Shown: piece after piece, positions 37,288 through 49,600 of the stretch
How positions within the stretch are numbered: the first letter of the stretch is position 1
Layout: each line of letters begins with the position of its first letter
Assembly (NCBI GenBank): GCA_047495785.1
Contig: JBLDXI010000001.1
Span: 2,914,001-2,978,000 of the forward strand
Origin: Lepidodermella squamata
Lineage: Eukaryota; Animalia; Gastrotricha
Length of the DNA stretch: 64,000 nucleotides
Direction: 5' to 3'
The notes under the pieces: generated by a model
The model's database searches: none
What the model was told of the DNA's origin: nothing
The model's input: only the letters and a program-made list of their open reading frames with translations
Position numbers and translations under genes: made by a program

Positions 37288-40244
37288 TTACGAAACTTTG
37301 CACATATTGCGAGCTGGCAGAATGCAACTGCCATTTTGCGCATCGTCGTGATTTGCCTCTACGTCTACATCGCCGTCATCGACTTCATCGTTTTCGTCAT
37401 TTTCGTCATTTTCCGACGATCTTTTATGAATGCCTACGCCGAATGGCACATCAAGGGCCAGTTGGCCTGTGTTTTTTCGCATTGGAGTCGGCGGCTTCTT
37501 GGCTGCGATGAAACTCATCGATGAGACGCTTCGCCCTCCACCTGTTTTCTCGGTGGCCTAAAAATAAATTTTAATATGCAGGAAATTTCGATTAAATTTG
37601 AAATAATTTTTACCCTGGTGTTTGTAGACGCTCGGCTCTGTGTGCCATCTCCATCGGACATGTTTTTCGCACTCGCCGCGATAGCCGATAAAGCGGCTAC
37701 AACAGCCTCTTGATGGTAGACTCTGCCATGGCTTGTCGCTCCAGTGTTAGCTCCAGATCGACTCGCCCTGCTCGCAGCCACCGAACCACTTCGCGATCTA
37801 ACAATTATCGGCGGTTTCACTATGCGGTTAAGCACGTCACGGGTGACTGATTTCAGCTTGAAAACTTGAATCTTCGAATCGTTTTCGACTCGCGTATTGA
37901 TGCCGAGCTGTTAAAAAAAATCAATGAGAGAAATCATTTAATTAATAACTGCGCATACGCCAATACAAAATTCGCGGCTGCTGTCGGCTTGGAAATGCTC
38001 GCGTAGCTCGCTTTCATTCAACAATTTGTCAACATCCTCTGTCCAAGCAATGCCATGAATCTGTTTATTCATTGAAATTGAAAATGTTCATTCTTTACAA
38101 TGAATAAAAATTACTTTAACAAATTTGCTGACGGCGGCAGCTCGAATAACGGCCGGGCCGAAAACGGCGAAACGAGGCGGTACCAGGCCTTTGATCACAG
38201 TCGCATGAACGTGATCGACATCGATTCCGATTCGAACATCAAGGCGCATCGTAGTTGTGCCGGTATTCTTCTTCTTATCCGTTCGCTTCTCCAGATCCTG
38301 TTCGTCGTCCGTTAGTGAATCGCGCTCTCTTTCGCGGATGGCCATAACGCAATCTTGGAGCCGATCAGAAATTTCGCAAGCTATGTATAGGGCCGCATGG
38401 GCTGGTAGATTGGTTAAACCCGGCGGTCCGACTAAAATGACGTATTTTGACGTTGAAGTTGAATAAACAGAGGAGCAAAAATCGCGATTCATTCGAACAA
38501 CCGCATCGATTTTTGTACAAAACCTACAAAAAATGAAAAATAATTCCGAATTCCAAAAAAATGTCCGTATCTAGGGCACAAATGAATGATTGAAATTTAC
38601 ATGTTTAGTAAAGCTACGGCATCTCGAGGTTGGCCTTGTTTGGCGAGATCATCGCCAAAAATCGAACAGCAAACAACAGCGGCTCGGTTGTTGAGTTGCG
38701 AAATATAAGCCTGTTCATTCTCGAGAACGTGAATCGGAATAGCTTCTTCAATTATGCCCTGGCGTTTAGCCTTGTAGCCGCCGATTTCCTTTGTCAAAAA
38801 ATCAATCTGCGCGCCCAATTTTAGCTCCTAAAATTCATTTTTTCATATTTTACTTGAGAGTTAGAAGCGGTCGTTTATACCTTGGTACGGAGAGAGTCCA
38901 GGACGATTTCACGGCTGTGACTCATCGTGAGTAAATCTCGGCTACAGTCGCTTTTCGAAAGCTCATTGACCTTCAAACCAGTTCTATTCAGTTCCTTAAT
39001 CGAATCAAGCCTGAAAATAGAGATATTATTGAAATAATAAAATGTTAAGGTAAAAAATGCTCTCACAAAGGCATCCCAATAAATATGATGCAGTCCCACT
39101 CTTTGAAGTAGACCATTTGACCACGGAGTCGTAGCAGATAGAGGGTGTCTGTTTGCTCGGCGTCATGCTTGTGCCCCATTTCCCCGCTTGCTTCGGCCTC
39201 ATCGCGTTCAACAGCTTTCAGGCTTTGAATTTCGAACACGTTGTAGCGATTTTCCATAATCTTTATAATACATAATTGGAAATATGCACATTTTAGTATT
39301 GGGAATAGTTGGTTCCTACGTCCTCCCATTCGGCAGGGATTTGGGGTTTGATCAGCTCAAAAGTCTCCACGAAATCGTCTCCAACAATGCTAGGGAAAAC
39401 TGATTTCACGCCCCTACCGATTGAAACAATTTCCATTTCTTTGTTGAATGCTACGAAGAATGGTAGAAGATCCGTAAAAACCTCGGCTTTCAACAGCCGA
39501 CCACTTATGTCCTCTACGCAGTTCTAAAAATAAAACGTTGACCGAACATTCAAATTAATTGATTTAGAAGTTAACCTTCTCCAATTTCGTATAGGAAAAC
39601 TGGGCGGAATTGTCGAATTCCAATTTAAGAATTGCAGCAGTCCGTCCGTTGGTTTCGACGTTGATCGTAATGACGGAGACTGTGAGGTTTATGCCGAAAA
39701 ATAGTTTAGCGACTTCTTTCATCTGCCCGGAAACGTAGGCGTGATAGCCGCCTCGAGGGGACCTATAGCAAATAACCATTCCGTCCATTTCTTCTTGTAG
39801 AACGACAAACGAAGGCGCCCGCATTTTAGGATACGTGCCTTTAAAGTATTCATGCAAATTATCCAATCCCATGATGAATTCGCGTAAGGTACGACCCAAC
39901 ATTCGCAGAACTGCATCGTAACCGCCCTGTTTGGAAAATCGGACAAAATACTCGCCGATACTCTCTATCATGGCATCTAATGGAACATTAAGTTTCCTCG
40001 AAGCGACATGTGCGATTTTGCCGAGAAGTTTGTCGCTGTACAGTTGGTGAGGCGTGAAGAACTTTCGCCCTCTTGTTTTCGACATAATTGCAAGCTGCGA
40101 TGTTTGCTCGTCGCAAGACAGCAGCTTCTCAATCGCGGCGGAATGGTCGACGTTCTCGACAGTATCCAATACTTCATATGCCGATTCAGCTCCATATTTT
40201 GCAATGAGGAATTCCACAGCCGCCTGAATTAATAGGCCGTACAT
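37288..40244 (-). CDS. Atypical soluble guanylate cyclase-like protein (H-NOX, PAS/HNOBA, coiled coil, degenerate cyclase, CaaX), about 9 exons
   Basis: H-NOX motifs MYGLLI..., LGRTLREFIMGLDNLHEY (heme His), MRAPSF, YRSPR (YxSxR). HNOBA motifs LPFFVAFNKEM, FELIKP, LRLRGQM. Cyclase remnant LDVRIGID...PRFAVFG. Last exon ends CKVS*. Confidence 0.88.
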
Positions 40245-41355
40245 AGTTGCACCTGAAACTTGCTACTTCAATAGGGTACTAAATAGCATGTCATTTGAAA
40301 TTAATGCAGAGCTAAACATCATACATTCGCCTTGAGCGTGAGAATGCTTTAGATAGGGATCAACAATGATCTTTCCTGCCATGTGACTGCTTTTTAGCGG
40401 CTTTATTAGTACTTATCTGGCTTCATGCCCTTAGGTGAAAATGAGCCTATAATTGTCTGACATGCCTCAAAGCTTAATGTTGCTAAATAATTGGAAAGAA
40501 TGAGAGCACTGCGTAAAGACCTTTGCGACTGATTGTATGAAACTCAGTTCAATAATATTCTAACTTCGTTTCGATATAAACTGGACGAAGGAGTCCGCTT
40601 GTTACGTTTCTCCCATTTCATTTGTGAAATATTTAACACAGGTTAACGTAAAAGAAAAACAGTTCGATGTATACAGTGGTATTGTACTTTTTGTGCAAGT
40701 CCAGCTGTTATATAGAATGCTTATTTATCAGATGGATTAATCAAGTTGTAAGACTTAAACCTCGAAAAGGCCAAAAATGGCGATCAGAAAGGTCAAAGAG
40801 GATACCCGCACATGTCCGGCCCTCGACAAACCTTGACCTAGCAATGATTAGGGCGCTGAAAAATTTAGCCAGGGATACTTAGTCGTTGAGTAGGTTCGTC
40901 AGTCGCCTCTTATTGTTTGAGTGAGAATGAGAAAATGTGATGTGCTTTGATTCATAAACCCGAGGCCTCGGAGACAGCGGTTTCTTGACAAGGAATCTCG
41001 GACATTAATTTTAATGCGGCTGTCGATTAATTAGTCTCAACTTAATTTTATTTAAATTATATTATAATTACACTGTTAATAGTATTTTTATGCTTAATTA
41101 AAATATCACCTGAAAAAATCCGGGCACGATTTTCTCAAAACTTAGGTCACGTGACCGCTAATGTGGAACGTATGGACCCCTCGAGCTCTAGATCAGTACA
41201 CGGTTCGGTCTGCTTTATGCTTGGCCCATCGTTTGTTGTGAATCTTTGCTTCTACCTCTTATTGACATTCTTGAAATACTCTCCTCTCGTAGATTGCATT
41301 CATCCTTTGTGACAGAGCCCATCCATATTTTTACATGCAATATCGCTTAGTGAGA

Positions 41356-42069
41356 ATGCCTATTTATTCTATTTTTATCATCAACAATGCTGGAAGTCTC
41401 ATGTACTCCGCTGACTTCAACATTCCAAGAACAGAAATTGAGAAAGCATTCAGCTATCCGTTGAAATTCAAGTTCAAAATTGTGAACGACAGAGTTGTTG
41501 TCGATTACGGACAACAAGATGGTATTAAGGTTGGATACGCCATTCTCGGAATCAATGGTCAAATAGTTAATGGTACTCGTTTTACCCCGGGTCCTAGATT
41601 GGGACTTGATCAAAACGAGCCTGTGGCACAGCCGAATCAGGTTGTAGATGTACTTGAATATCTCGCTGACGAGAAGAATTATCCAATCGACATCAAGTTT
41701 GGCCGCCCTAGGCTTCGAGCTAATGAACGAATCGTCCTCGCTAGTACTTTTCACAGCTTGTATGAGATCAGTATTCGGATGTCTCCAGAGCCTAACTCTT
41801 CTGGTATAAGGCAAATTGACACTGAAGCATACCGCCTGCACTGCTTCGAGGCTGTTACGGGCGTGAAATTCGTAGTGATCACCGATCTTCGTCAGACATC
41901 CAGCAGTATCGATGCATTCTTGCGAAAGCTGTACGAGCTATACGCGGATTACGCGCTGAAGAACCCTTTCTATTCCCTTGATCAACCAATCCGGTGCGAT
42001 CTCTTTGAAAAACATTTGTGCTTGACTGTTGATCAGTTTGATCGAACTGGCGCGGTCACTTTCTCGTGA
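41356..42069 (+). CDS. TRAPPC4: TRAPP complex subunit 4 (synbindin/Trs23), single exon
   Basis: MPIYSIFIINNAGSLMY, EIEKAFSYPL, PDZ-like insert, NERIVLASTFHSLY..SPEPNSSGI, TGVKFVV, LYELYADYALKNPFYSLDQPIRCDLF. Confidence 0.96.
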   Translation: MPIYSIFIINNAGSLMYSADFNIPRTEIEKAFSYPLKFKFKIVNDRVVVDYGQQDGIKVGYAILGINGQIVNGTRFTPGPRLGLDQNEPVAQPNQVVDVLEYLADEKNYPIDIKFGRPRLRANERIVLASTFHSLYEISIRMSPEPNSSGIRQIDTEAYRLHCFEAVTGVKFVVITDLRQTSSSIDAFLRKLYELYADYALKNPFYSLDQPIRCDLFEKHLCLTVDQFDRTGAVTFS

Positions 42070-42530
42070 ACTATCTTGTCAATACTAATTATTAAAGTAT
42101 GATGTTCTTGACTATTTTCTACGCCGCAACGCTGCAATATATTGATTTCAGGCTTTGGTCAATGTGATGATTACAAAGGTCGTAAAAACACCATTTTTTC
42201 TTTGTTTACTTATAGGTTTTGTTATGACTTGTTTATTCGCATCTGACCAGATCGCCTGCGTACTTCATAGCTGACATGCTGTGTTTTTGGCTGATAACGC
42301 GGTGCGGATTGTTTACTTTGGAGTTTTACCCACATGCAATATCGATTTTTTGTTTAGCCATGTGGTCACTTGAAATGTTTGCGTTTTTGAGAGGGTAGGG
42401 CTAAGTTTGCATGTTTGGATACGTGCATTATTAATGTCATTTTTCTATCACGTTGTTGTGACGTCTCACCAGTTGGAAATTTTCAAATCATAGATGGTTT
42501 AACGTTTAGTGAGACGTGGTTTTCAAGAAA

Positions 42531-45500
42531 ATGTCGGCGCTACAGTGCGGTCCCAACCAGTTTACGTGCGATAACGAATGTCTGGAGCTTTCGCGGAAGT
42601 GTGACAAGATCAGGGACTGTTTAGATCGTTCTGACGAGGAAAACTGCGGTGAGTTGTTGATCAAAACGCGTTTACGTTATCGTTTATCAACTAATGAATT
42701 ATGCAGGCTATTCGTCAACCATTTTATCGGACTTTGATCGCAAAGCTCAACTCGGGCTGTTTATCAGCGTTGGAATAATTGGTCTGGTCCTGCTGGTAGT
42801 GCTCGTTGTCGTCTTTGTAATTTGCATGCGCCGAAATAAGCGTCGGCAACTCGCTTCCGTACAAGGTATATAAGACTGTAATTATTTATTTTACGGCTTG
42901 GGAAGGGGAAATTGGGGGTGTGTTTTCACAGCAGTTGTTTACCCGGGCAGATTTTGCAACACAGCTTTGTTAAAGGCTAATCAAGAGCATGTGATATTAT
43001 CGTCTTGTTTGTACAGTTGTTCAGGTGCCATCGCTTTACGTAAAGAGCCATGACTCGTCGTCGTGTGCCGCCTCCTCGACAACATCAGGCCCGACTACCA
43101 CACTCGGAAGCGCGGCACAGCAGCTCGATGGCTGTTACTACAGCGCGGCGGTTGCTACAAGGTCATCACAGCCGCTGCGTTCGAGCCGGCGCAGTACTCG
43201 CAGTAGGCGGAGCACGTCGTCGGGCCGGCACCGCGACCGTGTTGCGCAACCGCTCAGCTGCGATAGCGGCATCGCGCCCGCTGCTTCCGCGCCTGTGTCC
43301 ACATCCGGCGTCGTGCCTGTCCGGCCTTCCTCTGTTCACTCATCTAGTCACCATCACGCGCGCCACGAGGTTCGCTTTACATATATACATGTTTGCTACA
43401 TGATTATTAAATCCCCTGAGATGACAATGATAGTAATGAAGTGTGCATATCGCGGCAGAGGAAAGTTTTAAATCAATTAAGTGTAAATTTAATGTAATAA
43501 CGTCTTGTGTCTACTTGACGATAAGAGGTATGACCCTGAATAATGGCTAAATTTCACGATTTTTAATATTAAGACGGTCGATGGCAAGGCTCAATTTTGT
43601 TTACTGTGTTGCGTCAAGTTGATGAAATTTGACTCCCTGGCAAAGCAAATTTCCGTTATTTATTTAGAAACGAGGAATAGAAAATAGCAATTTATTCGCG
43701 AGAAAAAATTGCCAGAATAAAAATGCGTGCAATTCATAGCAAAATGAAAAATCTCTTAAGAAGAAATTTATCACGTAACGAGACTATAAAAAAACTGAAA
43801 TGAGAGAACTGGTTTTGGACAGACCATGACATAATTTTTTATGAGACCGCTGAATTATTCTAATCTATTCAACTCAAGTGGTCAAATAATCAAGCCTACT
43901 ATTGTTATCAGAAATTAAAATTTGGGTCTTGGTGGTAGCAGTTAATTTTATAAATAGTTTGGTGCAATTTTCCGCTCTGCCGCAAATTAACCGCGTAATC
44001 ATCATCAAATTGTTACCTAGTATTTCGAGTTTAATTTTCCATGAATAAATAACGTTTTTTTATTTTAATTTCAGGCCATGCAAACTGCTTTCCGACACTC
44101 ATTTCACGGCAATTTGGAGTCAATAATAGCTCAGCAAGCACAAAATATCAGTTTTAATAATCAAAACCAGCAAAATCAGAGCCAAAATCAAGACTCGCCA
44201 ACCGCAATCGGCTCGTCATCGCTCGGAACACTGGAAGCGTCTCCGCCGCCGCCCTACAGCACCTTCGATCGAACGGTAGGCATTTTGCGTGTTTACCCCG
44301 CGAAAAATTGCTTGTCTTTTGTCATTTGAGTCGCACGAAAAATAACAATGATAATGATAGCAGTACGACGAAAGAATACCTGTTTTTCGTGCGCGCGCAC
44401 CACCACCTTAAAATGGCTGTTTATTTTTGGCCCGAGTCATTTTGAACGTGCGTTGTTGTCTGGCGCGCTCGCGCGATTCATTTAGTAAGTAATAGTAGCA
44501 GCCGCAGCGCATATTGAGGAATGCAAATAATATTTCCGCGAATAATAGACACAACAAACGCGCGCGTCTTTGTCGGGCAAGGCGTGCCCAGCGTTTGTAT
44601 CTAGCCTACGGCTCGTCGATCGGCTCACATCCGCGTCACTCGACTATTAAAATGTTTAATATTTCATCTTTTAAGCGAGTGAGAGCGCGCGTGAGTTTGC
44701 GCGCGAATTGAAGTAACTCTGAATAAATTTTCGGTGTTTGTTTGTTTGGTTTCTCACTCAGGTCTTTGCCGGTCGGGTTGAAAGTGGCAGTGAGACAAAT
44801 CAGCTCGCACAACAATCGACATCTGTGTTTACGAACGGCGGCGGGCAACAGCAACAGCAGCGAGCGCTTCTCCGGTGCGTTCTTAGTGTAAAAAAACGGA
44901 GACGAAAAATAATAATTTCTTGTGTTATTCCTCAAAAAAAGGGTTGAGCAAAATATTTTGTACGGCGATGCGAATGCGCTGGCCCACTCGGCGTCGCGAA
45001 ATAGCAACAATCAAACGCCTCAGTCTAGGGTATCGCCTTATACCCGGGAATGGATCGAACGGGTCTCGAGCGACTCGTCTAATAGCAATCAAATGACTAA
45101 TGCAGCTCCTCATCCAGTAGAATCAACGCCTCAAAGGGTAAATTCACAATCCTTCAAATGGAAAAATAGCTACAAATGTTGGAAGCTGAAACACATTTTG
45201 ATGAAGACAATATAATCTTAGAATTCATAATTTGAGAAATATTATTTACCATTAAAATTTGCTAATTTCGAGAAAGGTTTTGCCTGCAAATTAAAAGTTG
45301 GACATGAATGCGGACTTCAAGAATTGAAGAATTTTATTCAAGTTATCTTGATTTGGGCCAAATTACCCTTAATCTAATATTTGAACGCTCTTTTTAACTA
45401 AAAAAATGCCTGATGAAAATTAAAAATTGAAATATCACCTCGGCAAAATCGTAACGATTTGGGATTCATTAACCCTTAATATAAAAGAATAGAATTTTCC

Positions 45501-45944
45501 AAAAAATTCAAAATTATTATCGATAATTTTGGCATCGTTGATTTGAGTTGAAATGTCATTTATTATTATTTTCTCTATATTTTTAAGGAGGATACTTTTA
45601 TCGCCGAGCAGTCATATGCGCAGCAAATTCGCCAAGCGTTGCGTAAAAATCAAAGCGCTCGACTGCAGAATTTTTCACAGCTCATCGCATCGCCGCCACA
45701 CCACGACACCAGCCAGCTGTTGCCGCCGCCGAGTTCAATCAACGACAGCCGGAATATGACAAGCCATACGCCTCAGTCGATGTCGTTCAACTTGTCAAAC
45801 TCGACTCCATTTACTACGACGCCATCGCCAACGCGCGTGTTAACGCCTCAGTACTCGCAAGTTACGCGAAAATCGAATATTAGCAGCAATATCAACGCTC
45901 CGATTGCTGTTATCGCCAAACGACCAATGGCTCTCAACGTTTGA
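42531..45944 (+). CDS. Single LDL-receptor class A domain + TM + long S/P/Q-rich tail with PPxY (LDLRAD3/4-like), multi-exon
   Basis: LDLa CGPNQFTCDNECLELSRKCDKIRDCLDRSDEENC (to 42648); TM LFISVGIIGLVLLVVLVVVFVICM then RRNKRR (42708-42865); SPPPPYS at ~44240-44260. Downstream exon boundaries are approximate. Confidence 0.7.
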
Positions 45945-46696
45945 TCTCTCATTTTCTCGAGAGGAATTTTGAGTTGTGTGAAAATTCGCTCTTCCGACCT
46001 GTTTTTTTATATACAATCTGTTGTGGCTCATGAACAAATTCCATTCCTCGAAAAAATAATCTCAAGCTGCAATAATCTACCTTGAAAAATATATTAAAAA
46101 ATTGAAAGATGCTGCTTTTCTAGTCTCAATGATAAAGATCAAATTTTTCAAAAATTATATTGGTATCAACTAACGCTCTAACGGATCTTTCTTTCTTTCT
46201 CACCGCAAAATACTTGAGTAAAAATTGAATAACGCTGCACGAAATGAAATTCACCGCCTCATAATAGCTTGCTCGAATTTTACAAAAATTAAATGCACAA
46301 TATTAACCTTGATTTTTTGGCCAAATTAATAACATGCTACAATAACTATATGGCGCCTTCTATTTTACTTTACTCGTTTGTTGATGTTTCTTGTCAATAC
46401 ATGTTGGTGTGAAAATGACGATATTTATGAAAAATCTGAAAATGAGTAACTTACCATTTTTTCATGTCTTTTTTAATCTCGAATATTATCCTTCTATTGC
46501 GTTAGCTCAATTACTAAAAATGAACCTCAAAAATAGCGAGCGATTGATTAACCGAGTTTTTTTTGTTGTATTTGATGAAACTAACAGAGTTTAAACGATG
46601 ATAATGAATGAATAAAATTTTTATAACTAACTTCTGGATTTAATATCCTAATTTTTTTATAATTGTTGTCTCGTTGTTAGGCGTTTGTTCTGATAA

Positions 46697-49600
46697 ATGA
46701 GTGTACGTCAGAAGAGCTTTTTTCGCAGTCTGAAGGCGCTCGGCTTGTCCGATACCGAGTACAAACAACTGTACGACGAGTTCTCTCGGTACAAAACGCC
46801 GACCTTGGGCGACGCGCGATATGTCTTCGAAATTTCATGGGAAGCGGCGAATAAAGGTGAATAGTAGTTGATGAAAAAAGCTGAAATATTACAAAAAAAA
46901 TAAAAATTCAAAAGAAAATATTTGGGAATGAAAAATTTGAAAATGGAAAAATTCGAAAAATCCTAACAAAAAAAATTTGAAAGGAAAAATCATCAAATTA
47001 TTGCTCTAAATTTAGAATTTTTTTCAAGTTTTAATTTTTCGAATTTTGTATAGTTGGCGGTATCTACACCGTTATCCGGTCGAAAGCTGGTACCAGTGTC
47101 GAAGAACTGGGCGATCACTACGTCCTAATTGGGCCTTACAACGAGGCCTGCGTGAAAATGGAAGTTGAAGTCTGCGACAACTTGCCCGATCCGTACCGCG
47201 AACCGATCGAACGCATGCGAGCCCGCGGCATCCGGGTAGTAACCGGCCGGTGGCTCATCGAAGGCTACCCGTACCTGATCCTATTCAAAGTCGGCGAGGC
47301 GTCGAATTACCTAAGCGACTGGCGGACTGAGCTGTGGAATTCGTGCCGTATCGCTGTTCCGTGGGAAGATATTGAAGTCAACGACTGCGTGCTGTTCGGC
47401 GGCCTGGTCGCCTGGTTCCTAGGCGAATTCGCCAGCTGCAACCCTGAGGCGATAACTGTGACGCATTTCCACGAATGGCTGGCAGGCGTTGGTCTGCTAT
47501 TCCTCCGAACTCGGAAAATCCCGGTCTGCTCGCTATTCACGACCCATGCGACGCTGCTTGGGCGTCATTTATGCGCGGGTTCGACGGATTTTTACAACAA
47601 TTTGTGTAACTTCCAGCTGGATAAGGAGGCTGGAACGCGTGGTTTCTACCACCGCTACTGCATTGAGAGAGGCGCCGCGTCTCTAGCCCACGTTTTCACC
47701 ACCGTGTCTCAAATCACCGGCCTTGAGGCTGAGCATTTATTAGGCCGGAAGCCGGACGTGATCACGCCGAACGGGTTGAGCGTTGAAAAGTTCAAAGCGC
47801 CGCACGAATTTCAAAACTTGCACGCGCGGGCTAAGGAGAAGATCAACGATTTTGTTCGCGGCCATTTTCACGGCCATTACGATTTTGACTTCGACAAAAC
47901 GTTGTACTTCTTCATCGCTGGCCGGTACGAGTTCTCGAATAAAGGCGCTGATATGTTCATTGAATCACTCGCCCGCTTGAACCACCGCCTCCAGTGCGCT
48001 CAATCCGACAAAACTATTGTTGCTTTTCTGATTTTCCCGGCGAAAACCAACAACTTCAACGTTGAAACACTCAAAGGCCAGGCGATTGCGCGTCAGTTAC
48101 GCGAAACTGTCAATCAAGTCCAGGCTAATATTGGCAAGCGTTTGTTTGAGAAATGCCTGCGCGGCGAGCAGCCCGATCCGAAAGATCTGCTGTCCCAGGA
48201 AGATGTGGTCAGCATGAAGCGATGCATTTTGTCGGCCCAACGATCGACCCTGCCGCCGGTTTGTACCCACAACGTGATTGATGATACAATCGACCCGGTT
48301 TTGGCGGCTATTCGCCGTTGCAACTTGATTAACCGTCGTTCGGATCGCGTCAAGGTCATTTTTCACCCCGAGTTCATCACTCAGGCGAATCCGCTGTTTG
48401 GCTTGGATTACAACGACTTCGTCCGCGGCACTAATCTTGGTGTTTTCCCGTCCTACTACGAGCCGTGGGGCTACACTCCGGGTACGTTTCATTAGCTAAA
48501 CTTTTTATGGGCATATTCCTTCACTAGATCCACAAAATTTGGGTTTTCGCGTCTAAAGTTCCTCCTCGATAGGGGTTTTTCTGATATCACTAATCTTTGA
48601 GGCCAAAGGCCAACAACAAAAATTACTCTACATACCTGATGGCACCGGTCGCCAAAATGAAAAATCCCAGGGTTATAGGGTTCATCATTCGTTCAAACAA
48701 AGAACCGTGTTGGGTATATTTTAATCAAGAAATAAAGCGATATTGGATTGGCAGTTTGATTCGATAGACTGGAACAAAGAAAGAAAAGAGAATTACGGTG
48801 AAAATCACAACAGTTAAGAAACCGAAACAATAATTTACTAAAACTACTTTGACTGAGTCCGTCTGCACGTTAAAGCTTAAAAGATTGGGACAATTTAGCG
48901 CTGGAACCTTTTTACTGATTTATTTGGATTCGGTTGCCATTATTTACATCATACGCGGAAATATTCAGTAGAAAGTTCGGATGAGAATTGACGCTGGACT
49001 TGTTCTTGCATACAGCATCAACTAGACAATTGATCAATCCGAGAGGGGTCCTTTGTTTACAAACGCTTCAACGTGTTTTCTCTTGGTACTTGGATCTTCG
49101 CCCAAGATTCATTTCGAATCTTAATTTATTAGTCAGAACAGGAAGAAACAAAGCAAACGAAGCAGCCAATACACTCAGCAGCTATTAGATGAGTTCTTGT
49201 CTGGTTATTGAAGTAGATGCCATCGGTTAGGTCATTAACATTGAAACCATCATATGGGCGAAGAAAAGAGACGCTTAAATATGTACACGTTTGATTGATC
49301 ACATTGTTGTCGAAAAATTGGCAAGGAGGCAAAGCAACTATGTACAAATTGTGTACTCTGGCGAAAATAGAAGACAGAAAGTAGCATGGGGTTTGTCCTG
49401 GCGAATGTTTTTGTAGTACGTCATTTGTTCTGAACGCTACAATAAAAATATCAAACATTTCGAGATCCAGATCTTTGCAAAAGCCGACTGCTTCAATCAT
49501 TGATTTTTCTGATCTAAAACATCGGCGACTACCAATTGTCCTCCACTTATCAGCTTTGGTTCCTACAACGGCAGGGCCGTTAGGGTCTACGGTTCCGGCT

